Source of the DNA: Paramoeba atlantica
Lineage: Eukaryota; Protista; Discosea
Length of the DNA stretch: 64,000 nucleotides
Assembly (NCBI GenBank): GCA_977017575.1
Contig: CDRNVI010000154.1
Location: forward strand, 11,279 to 75,278
Reading direction: 5' to 3'
Below are positions 12,301 to 24,289 of the stretch, in pieces (the stretch's first letter is position 1; every line of letters starts with the position of its first letter). A program made the translations under genes and the position numbers. Below the pieces are notes generated by a model, which saw nothing but the letters and a program-made list of their open reading frames with translations, had not been told where the DNA came from and made no database searches.

Positions 12301-12604
12301 TGACTGGACTTTCTCCATCCCCCCAGGGAATTTTATAAGGAAATTCCAAGGAAACATGGTGACAACCCTCCATGTTTTGTTTCTGGCCCAAACTGCTTTT
12401 GAGAATGCTCTAATTTTCCCTGTAATAATTACTAAAGATATCCAAGAATGGTTTCATCAGTCCCAAGAGAGCAATCTGGTGAGGAGCTTTATTGAGAAAG
12501 ATTTTCGAAGGAATGTAATTAACTTCATAGAAACCTCCAAACCAAATTCACTCCCTGGTTTTAGAAGACGAACAATCAAACGCAGACCCCTTAGTGAGAA
12601 CTAA
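9393..12604 (+). pseudogene. LINE-A ORF2 C-part (copy X): RT, thumb, Cys/His zinc finger, RNase H, extra C-terminal domain
   Basis: RT motifs as in copy Y; GLPTRDKL...C..LCHHEKELRSHLLEEC; RNase H VFYDGS, SNNIGEF, IHVPRELN. Multiple stops. Confidence 0.92.
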
Positions 12605-12969
12605 AGTTGATAAAGAAACTCCAATGCATCCCATGCTGAAGAGATCTTTGGATTTAACTCTTAATTTATCTTCCCTCCCCCTCCCCTTTCTTCCCCCCTC
12701 TTTTCCATCCTAGAAATGGTTTTTTAACTCTAATAAATGGCACCTGGTGTCTGAACCTTAAAAAAAAAAATATTTTCAAACTAATAAGCAAAAAATATCC
12801 AATTTCTAAGATGTAACATTAAAAAAAACTTTATTTCAAATGATATAAGAGATAGAAGATTATAGTTAAACTTTTAAAATTATAAAAGATTTTTTAAAGT
12901 TAAATATATTATATAAAAAAAAAAATTTTAAAATAATATAATTTCAATTTTAAGGTATTTTCTTTTTTT

Positions 12970-13200
12970 TGAAGAATAAAGTTTTGAAAAAATAATTTTA
13001 AAAAATAAAGTTTTGAAAAAAAAATTTTAAAAAAAATTTTTTTAAAAAAAAAATTTTGAAAAATTAAGTTTTAAAAAAAAAATTTCAAAAAATAAAGTTT
13101 TAAAAAAAAAATTTTGAAAAATGAAAAAAAATTTTAAAAAATAATTCTTTGAAAAAAAAAATTTCAAAAAATTAAATTTCAAAAAATAAAGCTTTAAAAA
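12970..13200. repeat. Degenerate AT-rich minisatellite (~18-20 bp, aaaaataaagttttgaaaaa-like)
   Basis: Repeated unit visible by eye. Confidence 0.6.
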
Positions 13201-13410
13201 AGAGAACACTAGAGAATTGAAATCACACTATTTTAAAAAAATTTATTTTATACAATAATATTGAAAAACTTTTGTTTTTTCAAAGTGATTTCCACTGGAA
13301 AATGAGAAATAATATTGAAAACATGAGTTTTTAGCATTATTACTTATTTAAAACAATTTTTGGAAATTTGAAGTTAAGTCTTTAAAGAATAGATTACTTT
13401 ACTATAGGTG

Positions 13411-13650
13411 TTTTTTTCTTTTTAATATTGAACTTTATTAAGTGATGGTTTAATCTAAAGCTACTAATTTTTTAAGATTAAAAATAATAAAAATAGAATT
13501 TCACCTCTTTAGGTTCAAATAGTTCAAAAACCTTTAATTTACTTAAATTCCTTCTCAAAAAATTTATTTTCTGCTTTTTAGCAGATAAAACAAAGAATAA
13601 TCTATTTTGTTTTTCACATTCAAGTGAGCAAGAAGAGAAAATAATATTTT
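13411..13650 (-). mobile_element. SINE2, 5'-truncated
   Basis: Reverse complement of the SINE2 body and tail; head absent. Confidence 0.8.
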
Positions 13651-13899
13651 TGCTTTTTGTGTTTTCTTCAAATAAAGATCAAAAAAGTGGATGGTAGAAG
13701 TAAAGAAAAGTATAAAAGAAAAACATAAGAAAACACAAAAAGCAAACACCATCCAAAATAGTAACTAAAAAAAAGTGTACAATTTTTGAAAAATCAAATG
13801 TGATATATTATAATATTTTTGAAAGTAAGTTTAAAAATTTTAATTTTAATAAAACATTTTAGCATTCTTTAAAAAAATATAGCTTTCAAGCAAAATTGT

Positions 13900-15735
13900 T
13901 TCACAGTTTTGCAAATGTAGATTTTAGAACTAAAAGCTATAAGAAGTGTTATTATTATGAAAAACATAAGCATGTTCAAAGCAATTGTCCATCTTGAAGA
14001 TTGAAGAGTCTATTTGAAACAATTCCATTTGAAAGAGTTCTATTTGAGCTGTTAGAAAACTAGACATATGATAAAAGATTGTTCTGAAAAGAAGTCAATA
14101 ATTGATTTGGGGGGTGGAAACTCTCCAGAAGCAGCTGTTGAGAACTGGAATAACCCTTCAAAAGGGTAGAAATGGAGATTAAAAATTATTCCTCAAATGA
14201 TTAAAGTTGGTCTCTCTCATATTTCAAGTCTTGAACAACAACTTAGAGTCTTCCTCAACAACCATCCAGCTCATCTCAACAAGAAGTCCTCCCCTAAGGT
14301 GAGAGGAGTGATTGTTGATGGCATCTTGTTTCATAATTCAACTACTATGAGAGAAGCTCTTAAAGGTTTTTGGGGTAATCTCCTAGGAACTAAATGTTCT
14401 TATGATCTAAAAGCCCTGAATGAATTCCTTGATAACCACCCCTTTTGCTTTTCAGACTTTGAAAAATCTTCTAAGAGTTGAGAAGCTGCTCCTTCAAGCC
14501 AACAACACTAGTGCAAACTCTAATGGAATTTTTTTCTCCCTCTATCAAAAAACTTATAAAAAATATTAAAAGATGTGAGTTGAATTAATCCAACAAACAG
14601 GAGAAAGTATGAAATTTCCTAACTCCTTTGGAGAAAACCAATTGTATTTGATTCCCAAGATTGAAACATTTCTCACCCTGACCAGTTCAGACCTATAAGT
14701 GTAACAAACTCTAATTATCAAATTATAATATATTGGACTCTTTGGTTTTCTGAAATTGCAAGTGGAGTAATCTTTGATACTCAACATGCAATGTTCAAGG
14801 GAAAATCAATTGATGCAACTGTGGAAACAATTTATAATATCTTCTATAAAGTCTTGGCTGATGAATAAGATATTATTCTCCTTCAAATTGACTTTTGCAA
14901 AGCTTATAACTATGTAAACTGTGATGCTTTGATTCACATCTTGAAGAGATTGAAGGCTCCTCAAGCCATCTTTGTGATTGAGAAAGTACTTCACCCCTCC
15001 AAAACTTGGTTACCCTCAATTGGAGGAAAACCTGATTCCTCTCTAGTTGATTCTATTACCAGTAGAACTAAAGTCCAACAAGGCTGCCTAATCTTCCCTC
15101 TTCTCTTCTTAATTGTTTTTAATTTATTGCTGGTGAGCTTCAACAAGAACCACCCTCTTGAAAAGCTCTCTAGTTTTATGGATAACTTTGAACTACTTTT
15201 GAAAAAAGTTAATACCATTAATCTCTTGACTCTCACTTTTCAGAAGTATGAAAAGGCAACTGATGCTCTCTTGAATTACTCAAAGTGCTTTGTTTTAACA
15301 ACTCAAATGTATAAACCTTCTGGCCCTTGGTCTATAATATCCAAAACCAACTTTCAAAGCAATAAAACAACCTATTTGGGTGTTTGAATAAGTTGTAAGA
15401 TGGACTCAAAGAAGGATTGGCTTAAAGTATGTGAAAAGATAAAAGGAGTAAGTAAGGTCATTAAGAATTAAGGAAAGCTCTTTGTAGTGAAAGTAAGAAT
15501 GATCAACACTTACTTAATTTCCTGTATGAGCTACTTGGCCTGCTTTAAGCTTATTCTCCAATCTATATCTGTGATAGTATGAAAACTCATTCAAGCTGTC
15601 TTGGGAGCTTATATCAATCTGAAAAGCACCATTTTAACTGCTTGCCATCCTTTAATGAGTAGTAAATGTTAAGTTCACCATTTCATTCTCTTCAACCAAA
15701 ACTAATTATAGTTTCCTTTCTTATCAAGTACCTAT
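13900..15735 (+). pseudogene. LINE-B (older relative of LINE-A) RT region
   Basis: KWRLKIIPQMIKVG, KSSPKVRGVIVDG, DFCKAYN, KVQQGCLIFPLLF, SFMDN are homologous to LINE-A ORF2. Many stops. Confidence 0.88.
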
Positions 15736-15761
15736 TGTGCTTGAAGATATCTCTTAAAAGA

Positions 15762-16082
15762 AATTGTGGTATAATGGTTTAGTTGATAAAACAGCTATTA
15801 CTTCAATTTAGGGTTGCAGGTTCAAATCTCAAAGAAGAAAATATTAAAAACATTATTTTTTCTTCTTGCTCACTTGAATGTGAAAAATAGAATAAGTTAT
15901 TCTCTACTCTGTCTGCTAAAAAGCAAAGAATAAATTCTTTGAAAAGGAGTTTAAGTGAATTAAAGGTCTTTGAACCATTTGAATTTAAAGAGGTGAAACT
16001 CTATCCTTATTATCTTTAACCTTAAAAAATTAGTGGCTTTGGGTTAAATTATTACCTAATAAAGTTCAGTGTTAAAAAGAAA
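15762..16082 (+). mobile_element. SINE2 (tRNA-derived, ~320 bp)
   Basis: A box TGGTTTAGTTGA (other copies TGGCTTAGTTGG), B box GGTTCAAATC, AATAAA and A-rich tail. Confidence 0.85.
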
Positions 16083-16487
16083 GATATCTACCAAGAAGGT
16101 GGAAAGATCAAATGCATTGTTTACAACTTAGTATATACTCTTAAACCTCAGCTTCAACAAAACCTTACCAAATTTCTAATTCATAGCTTCTCTATAATGG
16201 ATAAGATTTCCCACTTTACTTTGAAACCTCCTATCAATTAATTATATAACACTGCCTCCAAAATATTATGGAAAACAGTATGTTTTTTTAAGCCCTATTG
16301 TGGTCTTTTTTTTTTTTTTTTACATTTGTTCATTTGGTGGTGTTGTGTTGCTTGCTGCTATGAGATAAAGCTCTCACTCTTGTGAAAGGAAATGATTTTG
16401 TTGGAACTTTCTTTTTCAATCAATTGATAGGTTTTGTTTCATTCTTTAGTTTGTGTTAAACAAAAGAAGTCCTTTTTTTTTTTAAAA

Positions 16488-18649
16488 CTAATTTTTGATG
16501 AAGAGATGGTTGACAAATTTATCACAAGTGCTATTTGTCTTTCACTTTTTCTTGTTCAGAGAGAAGATGGCTAGTGTTTTGTGTTGATTTTTCAATTCTT
16601 CAAAGTCTAATTTTTATACAAGCAGTTTGTCAGAGAATTATCAATAAGTTTTCATGGCCAAACAAAAGGACAAACAAAGTTATAACAAAACTCAGAGGTT
16701 AGACTTTTTGGAGAGAGTACAAGGATCAAAGAAGATGAAAGGTTTTTTTTTTTTTTTCTTTGCTTTCTTTAGTTGTTTTTTTTTAAGATTTTTTTTCTTT
16801 TATAAAATTTTCACTTTCTTTTCTTTTTTTTTCTCACTTTTTTTTTCATAAGTTAACCCTAGAACAAATTCTAGTAACTCTTTATCTGACAAGAAAATTT
16901 TAGTCAAAAAGACAGATCAATCTTTTTAATTTGTGAATGATTTACCCTCAATGAACTGTTCCATATAAAGTGTTCTGCAACTCTCACTTTTTTTACAACT
17001 CTTTTTGATTTTTTAAGTTCAAATAAGAACTATGGAAAACAAGTTCTAATGATGATTATTAAAAAGTTGGAAAATGAACTGCAGTTGAGGTTTTTTGCAA
17101 AGACAATTTATAAGTTCTATGTTGCTATAAAAAAGAAAGAAGAAAAAAAAAACATTTCTAATTGATTGATGAACAATTTTTTTTTTTTTTTTTAAGATAA
17201 ACTTTATTCAATTAGTAGTTTTTAATCTAAGCCATTTAAATTACATCAAATTATGTTTGTTTTTAACCTCTAATGAGAGGTGAAGTTTTAAACTTCAGTT
17301 TAGTTCAGTTGGTTTTTATACTGAACTTTAGAACTTCTGCAAGTTCAGGCTGGAGGATGCACATTAGAAGGGAGAATAATCTAAAACTCCTTCCAAGAGA
17401 ATTTATCCTCAACTTTTTAACAGATAGGGCTGAGATGTAACCTGTTCCAATTTTCACACTTCTTCAAAAGCTCCTCACTCCAATCAAATCACTCTACAGC
17501 ACCAGAAAAATTTTCTATAATATCAAAAAACTGGGATTTGAACTTGCCCCCCCAGGGTTGAATATAGTCAAATTTACAACTAAACTACAGGTGCCAACTC
17601 ATTGATTGATGAACAAGCAAATTGAATATTATAAAAGTATCACTGATTAATTATCTCCCCTCTTTTATTATTTGAAAAGAAGTTAAAAAAAGAATTTACT
17701 TCTTTTTGTTTAGATTCCCCTTTTTTTATAAAGAAGGTTTATCATAAATTAGGTTCCTTTAATTTCTTTCTCCTTTTTATTCTCTTGTTAAAGAATAAAA
17801 ACTCAAAACAAAAAAATAGAAATTGAATCAAGAGTTTTGAGTTGCCAGTTTGGTGAAGCAATAAATAAGAGACAAAAAGAACAAATTAAAAAGAGTGAAT
17901 ATTAAAGAACAAAGTATGAACAAATTGCTGAAAATGTCAATCTAACCTTTCTAGCTTACCTTTATTGTTCAACAAAGTTGTTGATTTATGAACACAATAT
18001 TTGTGATTGAGTTGGTTATTGTAAAGATAGACAATGTTTTTTTTCAGAGTTTCTTGGAGTGAAGAGGTTCTCTTGGTTGTTTTCAACTTTTTTTCTTCAA
18101 ATTTCTTTTCAAAATAGCTTTCATCAGCCTCAAGAAGCTAAAGAAAAGGAGTTTGAGTGTGTTTTATCATAGCCATTATTTTCTCAAACTTTTTAAGCTT
18201 AGCTTTTTTCACCTTTTTTGGAAAATAGAGTCACAGAGAATTTTTTGACTTAAAACACAACCTAAAAAAGGAATAAAAAATCATTCAAATTTTTTGTTTT
18301 ATTTTTTTTTGCTTTTTTTTTGTTTTTTTTCAAGTCCAAAAGCAAAATAGTAAAGGAAAAAGAAAAAGATACAATACAAGGAATGTGTGGTGTTTGGTGA
18401 AAACCTCAAAAACTTTGAAAACTATTGTAAAGTTGTGTTGGAAAACTTTGTGGATGAATATATTTCAGCCATCTTTTTAAACAATCTTATGGCCTCTGCA
18501 AGTAATAATTTGAATTCTCTTTGATTCTCATTCTTTTTCTTAAAAAATGTTCTCAAAAAGTTGTTTACAACACCTTAAAAGTATTGGATTGTAACAAAAA
18601 AAATAGATCTGAATTTTGTGTTTTAAACCTGAGATTTTTCATGAAATTG
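16488..18649 (+). repeat. Left arm of a long inverted repeat (contains a SINE1 insertion)
   Basis: Colinear reverse complement of ~20038-21762 at all checked anchors. Confidence 0.9.
17177..17600 (-). mobile_element. SINE1
   Basis: 16-bp TSD attgattgatgaacaa (17161-17176, 17601-17616). Empty site in the right arm (~21060-21080). Confidence 0.95.
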
Positions 18650-18717
18650 GAGGTGGTGTAAGAAAGAAAAAGAATTTCAAACCCACCTCTTTGAAACTTG
18701 TATTTATATTAAAAGTT

Positions 18718-19970
18718 ATTTTGAGAAAATGGAATATAACTGCATCAAGTTGAAACTTCCTTCTTGGAAATCTTCTACCTTTGTGTGTGGACTTACTGTT
18801 CAATATTGCTCCAACTTCTTCACTTCAATAGTGAGTGTTGCTTTACTAACACTGTGGATAACTGTTTGTGCTGAAGGATCTCAATCAGCTGAGTATGCTA
18901 TTGATATCTTTCACAAAGTTTTAAAGAAAAACAAGCTTCTTCCCAAACCTCCTTGTAAAGACTCAACCTCTGCAAAGAAAAAGAGAGAGATTGAAAAGTT
19001 CAAGTTTAAAGGTTTACAAGTTTTCTATGATGGCTCAAGCCATACTAATTCTCACCTCAGTGGTGCTGGCTATGCTATTTTCAGAGATGGGAAGGAAATC
19101 CTGGCTGGTGTTAAAACTATTTCTTTTGGTACAAATAATGTTGGTGAATTCAAAGGCTGTCTCCTAGGATTAAAGAGTGCAAGAGGTTTGGATTTCCACA
19201 TCCAAATTGTTGGTGATTGTATAATATTAACCAAAGCAGCTCCTAAGAACTACAATATTAGTAATTATGAACTTAACTTCCTGTTGATAGAGATTAAAGC
19301 AACTGCTGTTAAATTTGAAGATATTAAATTTATCCATGTTTTCTATGAACTTAACAAACATATTGATGCTATTGCCACTGCTGCTAGTTGATCAATTATG
19401 GATGGAATAGCTGCTGTTAATGATTCCCAATAGAACCTTCATGCTAGACAAGTGGGAAAAACTAAAGAAGAATGAATTGTTAACAACTCTCTCTTATGGA
19501 CTAAACTGAACAACCTCCTCAAACACAATTGAAGTTATCCCATCTCTTCTCCCTCCTTCTTGAGAAAATTTCAAGGTTTAGTGATTACAACTCAAGTGGT
19601 ATACTTCTCTAAACCTTTCTCTCCTGATGGAACCTTGATAACACCTGTAGCCCTCTCTAAAGACCTCCATGATGTATATTCTACTTCAATCCTAAGTAAC
19701 AAGTTATGTGAAAGTATGTTGAATAATGAAAAGAACAAAAAGAAAAGGAAAAGAAAGAAAAAAAGAGATGTAATCTTTAAAAAAGATAGACTTCCTCCAA
19801 GTAATGATGAAGATTAACTAACTATTTTAATAATTAATTAATTTAAATGTAATTAATCATGTTTATGGTACCAATTGATAAAACCTAAACTATCTTTTCC
19901 ATCTATATGATGGTTTTTTATCTTAATAAATTAATGGCATTTGCTGATGTTGAGTGAAAAAAAAAAAAAG
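18718..19970 (+). mobile_element. LINE-B 3' end with RNase H, in the spacer of the inverted repeat
   Basis: ORF 18729-19391: VFYDGS, GTNNVGEF, IVGDC, IHVFYELNKHIDAIA. Ends with aataaa...gttgagtg + poly(A). Confidence 0.88.
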
Positions 19971-20037
19971 AGTGGAAACGCTCCAATAGATTTATTAAAT
20001 TATTTGAAAGAAAAATTTGATTATGATTATTGCTTTC

Positions 20038-21762
20038 AATTTCATGAAAAATCTTAAGTTTAAGACACAAAGTTCAGACCTATTTTTTTTGCTACAATCC
20101 AGTGCTTTTAAGGTGTTGTAAGCAACTTTTTGAGACCATTTTTTATGAAAAAGAATGAGAATTAAAGAGAATTCAAATTATTACTTGCAGAGGTTACAAG
20201 ATCATTTAAAAAGATGACTGAAATATGTTTACCCACAAAGTTTTCCAACACAACTTTACAGTGGTTTTCAAAGTTTTTGAGGTTTTCACCAAACACCACA
20301 CATTCCTTGTATTGTATCTTTTTCTTTTTCTTTCACCATTTTGCTTTTGGACTTAAAAAAAACAAAAAAAAAACAAAAAAAAACAAAACAAAAAATTTGA
20401 ATGATTTTTTATTCTTTTTTCAGGCTGTACTTTAAGTCAAAAAATTCCCTGTGATTCTATTTTCCAAAAAAGGTGAAAAAAGCTAAACCTAAAAAGTTTG
20501 GAAAAATAATGGCCATAATAAAACATACTCAAACTCCTTCTTTTTGGCTTCTTGAGGCTGATGAAAGCTATTTTGAAGAGAAATTTAAAGGAAAAAAGTT
20601 AAAAACAACCAAGAGAACCTTTCCACTCCAAGAAACCCTAAAAAAAAACATTATCTGTTTTTATAATAACCAACTCAATCATGAATATTGTGTCCACAAA
20701 TTGACAACTTTATTAGACAATAAAGGTAAGCTAGAAAGATTAGATTGACATTTTCAGTTTGTTCATACTTTGTTCTTTAATATTCACTCTTTTTAATTTG
20801 TTCTTTTTGTTTCTTATTTATTGCTTCACTAAATTAGCAACTCAAAACTCTTGGTTCAATTTCTATTTTTTTGTTTTGAGTTTTTATTCTTTAACAAGAG
20901 AATAAAAAGGAAAAAGAAATTAAAGGAACTTAATTCATGATAAATCTTCTTTGCAAAAAAAGGGGAATTCAAACAAAAAGAAGTAAATCCTTTTTTTAGC
21001 TTCTTTTCAAATAGTAAGAGAGGGGAAATAATCAATTGATGATACTCTTGTAATTTAATTTGCTTGTTCACCAATCAATCAGAAATGTTTTTTCTTTTCT
21101 CTTTTTTTCTTTATAACAACATAGAGTTTGTAAATTGTTTTTGCAAAAGATCTCAACTGCAGTTCATTTTCCAACTTTTTAACAATTACCATTAGAATTT
21201 GTTTTCTATAGTTCTCATTTGAACTCAAAAAATCAAAAAAAGTTGTAAAAAGAGTGAAAGTTGCAGAACACTTTGTATGGAACAGCCCATTGAGGGTAAA
21301 TCATTTGCAAATTGAAAGGATTGGTTTGCCTTTTTAACTAAAATTTTCTTGTCAGATAAAGAGTTACTAGAATTTGTTCTGGGGTTAACTTATGAAAAAA
21401 AAAATGAGAAAAAAAGAGAAAAAAAAGTGAAAATTTTATAAAAGAAAAAAAATCTTAAAAAAGAACAACTGGAAAAAGCAAAGAAGAAAAAAAAAGAAAC
21501 CTTTCATCTTCTTTGGTTCTTGTACTCTCTCCAAAAAGTCTAACTTCTGAGTTTTGTTATAACTTTGTTTGTCCTTTTGTTTGGCTATAAAAACTTATTG
21601 ATAATTCTCTGACAAACTGCTTGTATAAAAATTAGACTTTGGAAAATTGAAAAATCAACACAAAACACTGGCCATCTTCTCTCTGAACAAGAAAAAGTGA
21701 GAGATAAATATCACTTGTGATAAATTTATTAATCACCTCTTCATCAAAAATTAATCTAGAAA
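20038..21762 (-). repeat. Right arm of the long inverted repeat (~1.72 kb)
   Basis: Reverse complement of the left arm without the SINE. Confidence 0.9.
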
Positions 21763-21779
21763 AATGTTATATTGGGCAG

Positions 21780-22430
21780 AAATCAAATTGTATTTAATTA
21801 AAATGATGTTAAAGAATTAGAAGTCTTAGTTGAAGATGTTCATTCAGTTTTTTCCTCTCAAAAAATAAGTTCCTTTAAGAATAATCATGTTTGGTATGAA
21901 GAAAAGGAAGTTTCTATAGATGAAACCCAATGGGAGAAAGAGAAGGTTAATATACTTCTTTAAAGTGTTGAAAGTGTTTTAGATGTGAATGCTAAGCTCT
22001 CAACAAGCAGTTTTTGTAATTTGATTAATTCAGAATTTCAAGTTATTCTTAAAGATTTTAATTCTATGTAAACTTAACAGTATTTGATTTCCTGGAATAT
22101 TCAACCTGCAGTAAAGAATCAAGGAATGGATGAACAATGGTTGAGTTAAGAAGTGAGATAAGAATTCAAAAAATGTTTGGAATTTTCCTCTTCTAACAGT
22201 ACCAAAACAATTTGGTGGTGTAAATAAAGCTGATGATATAAGATTGTGTATTGATTTGTGAAAAGTTAATTTGAAGTTAAAGGAACTAATTTATACTTTA
22301 TTAACACATGTTGAAATGTTTAAAACAGTTGGTGGTGTGAAATTTTTTACTGAAATTGATTTGTCTAGTGCTTACCACCATATTAAAGTGGAGAAAGATA
22401 GTCAACCTCTACTTGGTGGGGTTGGTGCAT
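21780..22430 (+). pseudogene. Ty3/gypsy RT N-terminal relic
   Basis: IRLCIDL..VN and FTEIDLSSAYHHIKV RT motifs. Confidence 0.8.
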
Positions 22431-22444
22431 ATAGTTTTGTTGTA

Positions 22445-22672
22445 AATTTAACTATATCCAACCTTAGAGGGGTAAGTTCAAATTCCAGTTTTTTGATATT
22501 TTAAAAAATTTTTCTAGTGTTGTAAAGTGATTTGATTGGAGTGAGGAGCTTTTGAAGAAGTGTGAAAATCAAAATAAATTATATTTCAACCTTGTTTACT
22601 AAAAAGTTGAGGATAAATTCCCTTGAAAGAAGCTTTGAATTATTCTCTCTTCTGATGTGTATTCTCCAACCT
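22445..22672 (+). mobile_element. SINE1 partial (both ends truncated)
   Basis: SINE1 body from the B-box region to tattctccaacct, directly abutted by SINE2. Confidence 0.85.
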
Positions 22673-22990
22673 AATTGTGGCATAATGGCTTAGTTGGTAA
22701 AACAGCTATTACTTCAATTCAAGGTTGCAGGTTCAAATCTCAAAAAAGAAAATATTAAAAACATTATTTTCTTTTCCTGCTCACTTGAATGTGAAAAACA
22801 AAACAAATTATTCTCTGCCCTGTTTGCTAAAAAGCAAAGAATAAATTTCCTAAGAAGGAGTTTAAGTGAATTAAAAGTCTTTGGACCATTTGAACCTAAA
22901 GAGGTGAAACTCTATCCTCATTATCTTTAACCTTAAAAAATGAGTGGCTTTGGGTTAGATTATTACCTAATAAAGTCCAGTATTAAAAAG
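22673..22990 (+). mobile_element. SINE2
   Basis: A box TGGCTTAGTTGG, B box GGTTCAAATC, tail aataaagtccagtatt + A. Confidence 0.88.
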
Positions 22991-23037
22991 AGAAAGAGAA
23001 GAGAAGCTTACAGTGTGTGTAAAAGGATTGAAATTAC

Positions 23038-24129
23038 ACTAGTATACTACTGAAATTTTCGAAAAAATCCTAAGAAAGAACAAAATCCTTCCTTAACCCC
23101 TAAGGACTCAAACCAAGAAAGGAATCAAAGAGAAGGAAAGTTGTAAATTTAAAGGTTTTCAAGTGTTTTATAATGGTTCAAGATGTACAAACTTTCATCT
23201 GGAGGGTGCAGGCTTTGCAGTTTTTAGAAAAGGGAAAGAAATATGTGGTGGGTTTGAAACCATCCCTTTTGGGTCTCAACAATATTGATGAATTTACAAG
23301 CTATCTGAAAGGAATGCAATGTGTCAGATTAAAGACAAATGAGATTGAAGTTGTTGGGAATTGTATGATTTTTATTAAAGCTGCACTTAAAATTCATGCC
23401 ATCAAAAACTATGCTTTGAATGAATTACTTTGTGAAATCTGTAAGTTAGCAATATGCTTTGATGAGATAGAATTCACTTATGTACCACAAGAACTTAACA
23501 AGCAAGCTGATGCAATTGCAATTGCTGCAAGTTGGTCTAAAGAGGATGGAACATGTGCTGTGATTGACCATCATTGGGATCCAAGATCATAACATGTTGT
23601 AGAAATTAGTGAAGAGTGAATTATTTTTAATTCAACCCTGTGGAACTGAATCATTTCCCCTCTCACCCATGATTGGACTTTCCCCATCTCCCCAGGAAAT
23701 TTTATAAGGAAATTCCAAGGAAACATAGTGACAACCCCCCATGTTTTGTTTCTGGCCCAAACTGCTCTTGAGAATGCTTTAATCCTCCCTGTAATAATTA
23801 TTAGAAATATCCAAGGATGGTTTCATCAGTTCCTAGTAAGGAACTTTATTGAGGAAGATTTTTGAAGAAATATAATTAACTTTATTGAAAACTTCAAATT
23901 GAATTTATTCCTTGCTTTTAGAAAGCAGATAATCAAGCACAGACCTCTTAATGAGAACTAAAGTTGGTGAAGAAACTTCAATGCATTCCATGTTGAAAAG
24001 ATCATTGAATCTGACTTTTAATTTATCTCTCTCTTCCTTCTCTTTTTTTCTCCCCTCTTTTCTATTCTAGAGATGGTTTTTTTAACTTCAATAAATGGCA
24101 CCTGGTGTTTGAACTTTAAAAAAAAAAAA
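23038..24129 (+). mobile_element. LINE-A 5'-truncated 3' fragment (decayed RNase H + 3' UTR + poly(A))
   Basis: Colinear with 11672-12770. Confidence 0.9.
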
Positions 24130-24225
24130 GAATTACTTTGAGAAGATGGAATATAGCTACATTAAGTTGAAACTTCCATTTTGGAAATCTTCTAACTCTA
24201 TGTGTAGACTTACTGCTCAATATTT
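24130..24225 (+). mobile_element. Short LINE-B fragment
   Basis: Matches 18718-18810. Confidence 0.7.
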
Positions 24226-24289
24226 ACTTAATATCCAAAGGTGCAATTACCCATTTTCAAGCTTAAGGTGAGAAAATGATTTTAGAAAT

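Larger units (their letters stand above)
4080..12770 (+). mobile_element. LINE-A copy X (L1-like non-LTR retrotransposon), interrupted by antisense copy Y and internally deleted
   Basis: 5' UTR/ORF1 start at left; RT-RNase H-3' UTR-AATAAA-poly(A) at right. 15-bp TSD tattttcaaactaat at 4065-4079 and 12771-12785. Confidence 0.9.

Noticed and set aside
18718-19970. Pack-MULE-style capture of an RNase H gene by the long inverted repeat
   Set aside because: The insert ends in its own AATAAA + poly(A) and matches LINE-B, so it is better explained as a later retroposition into the spacer.
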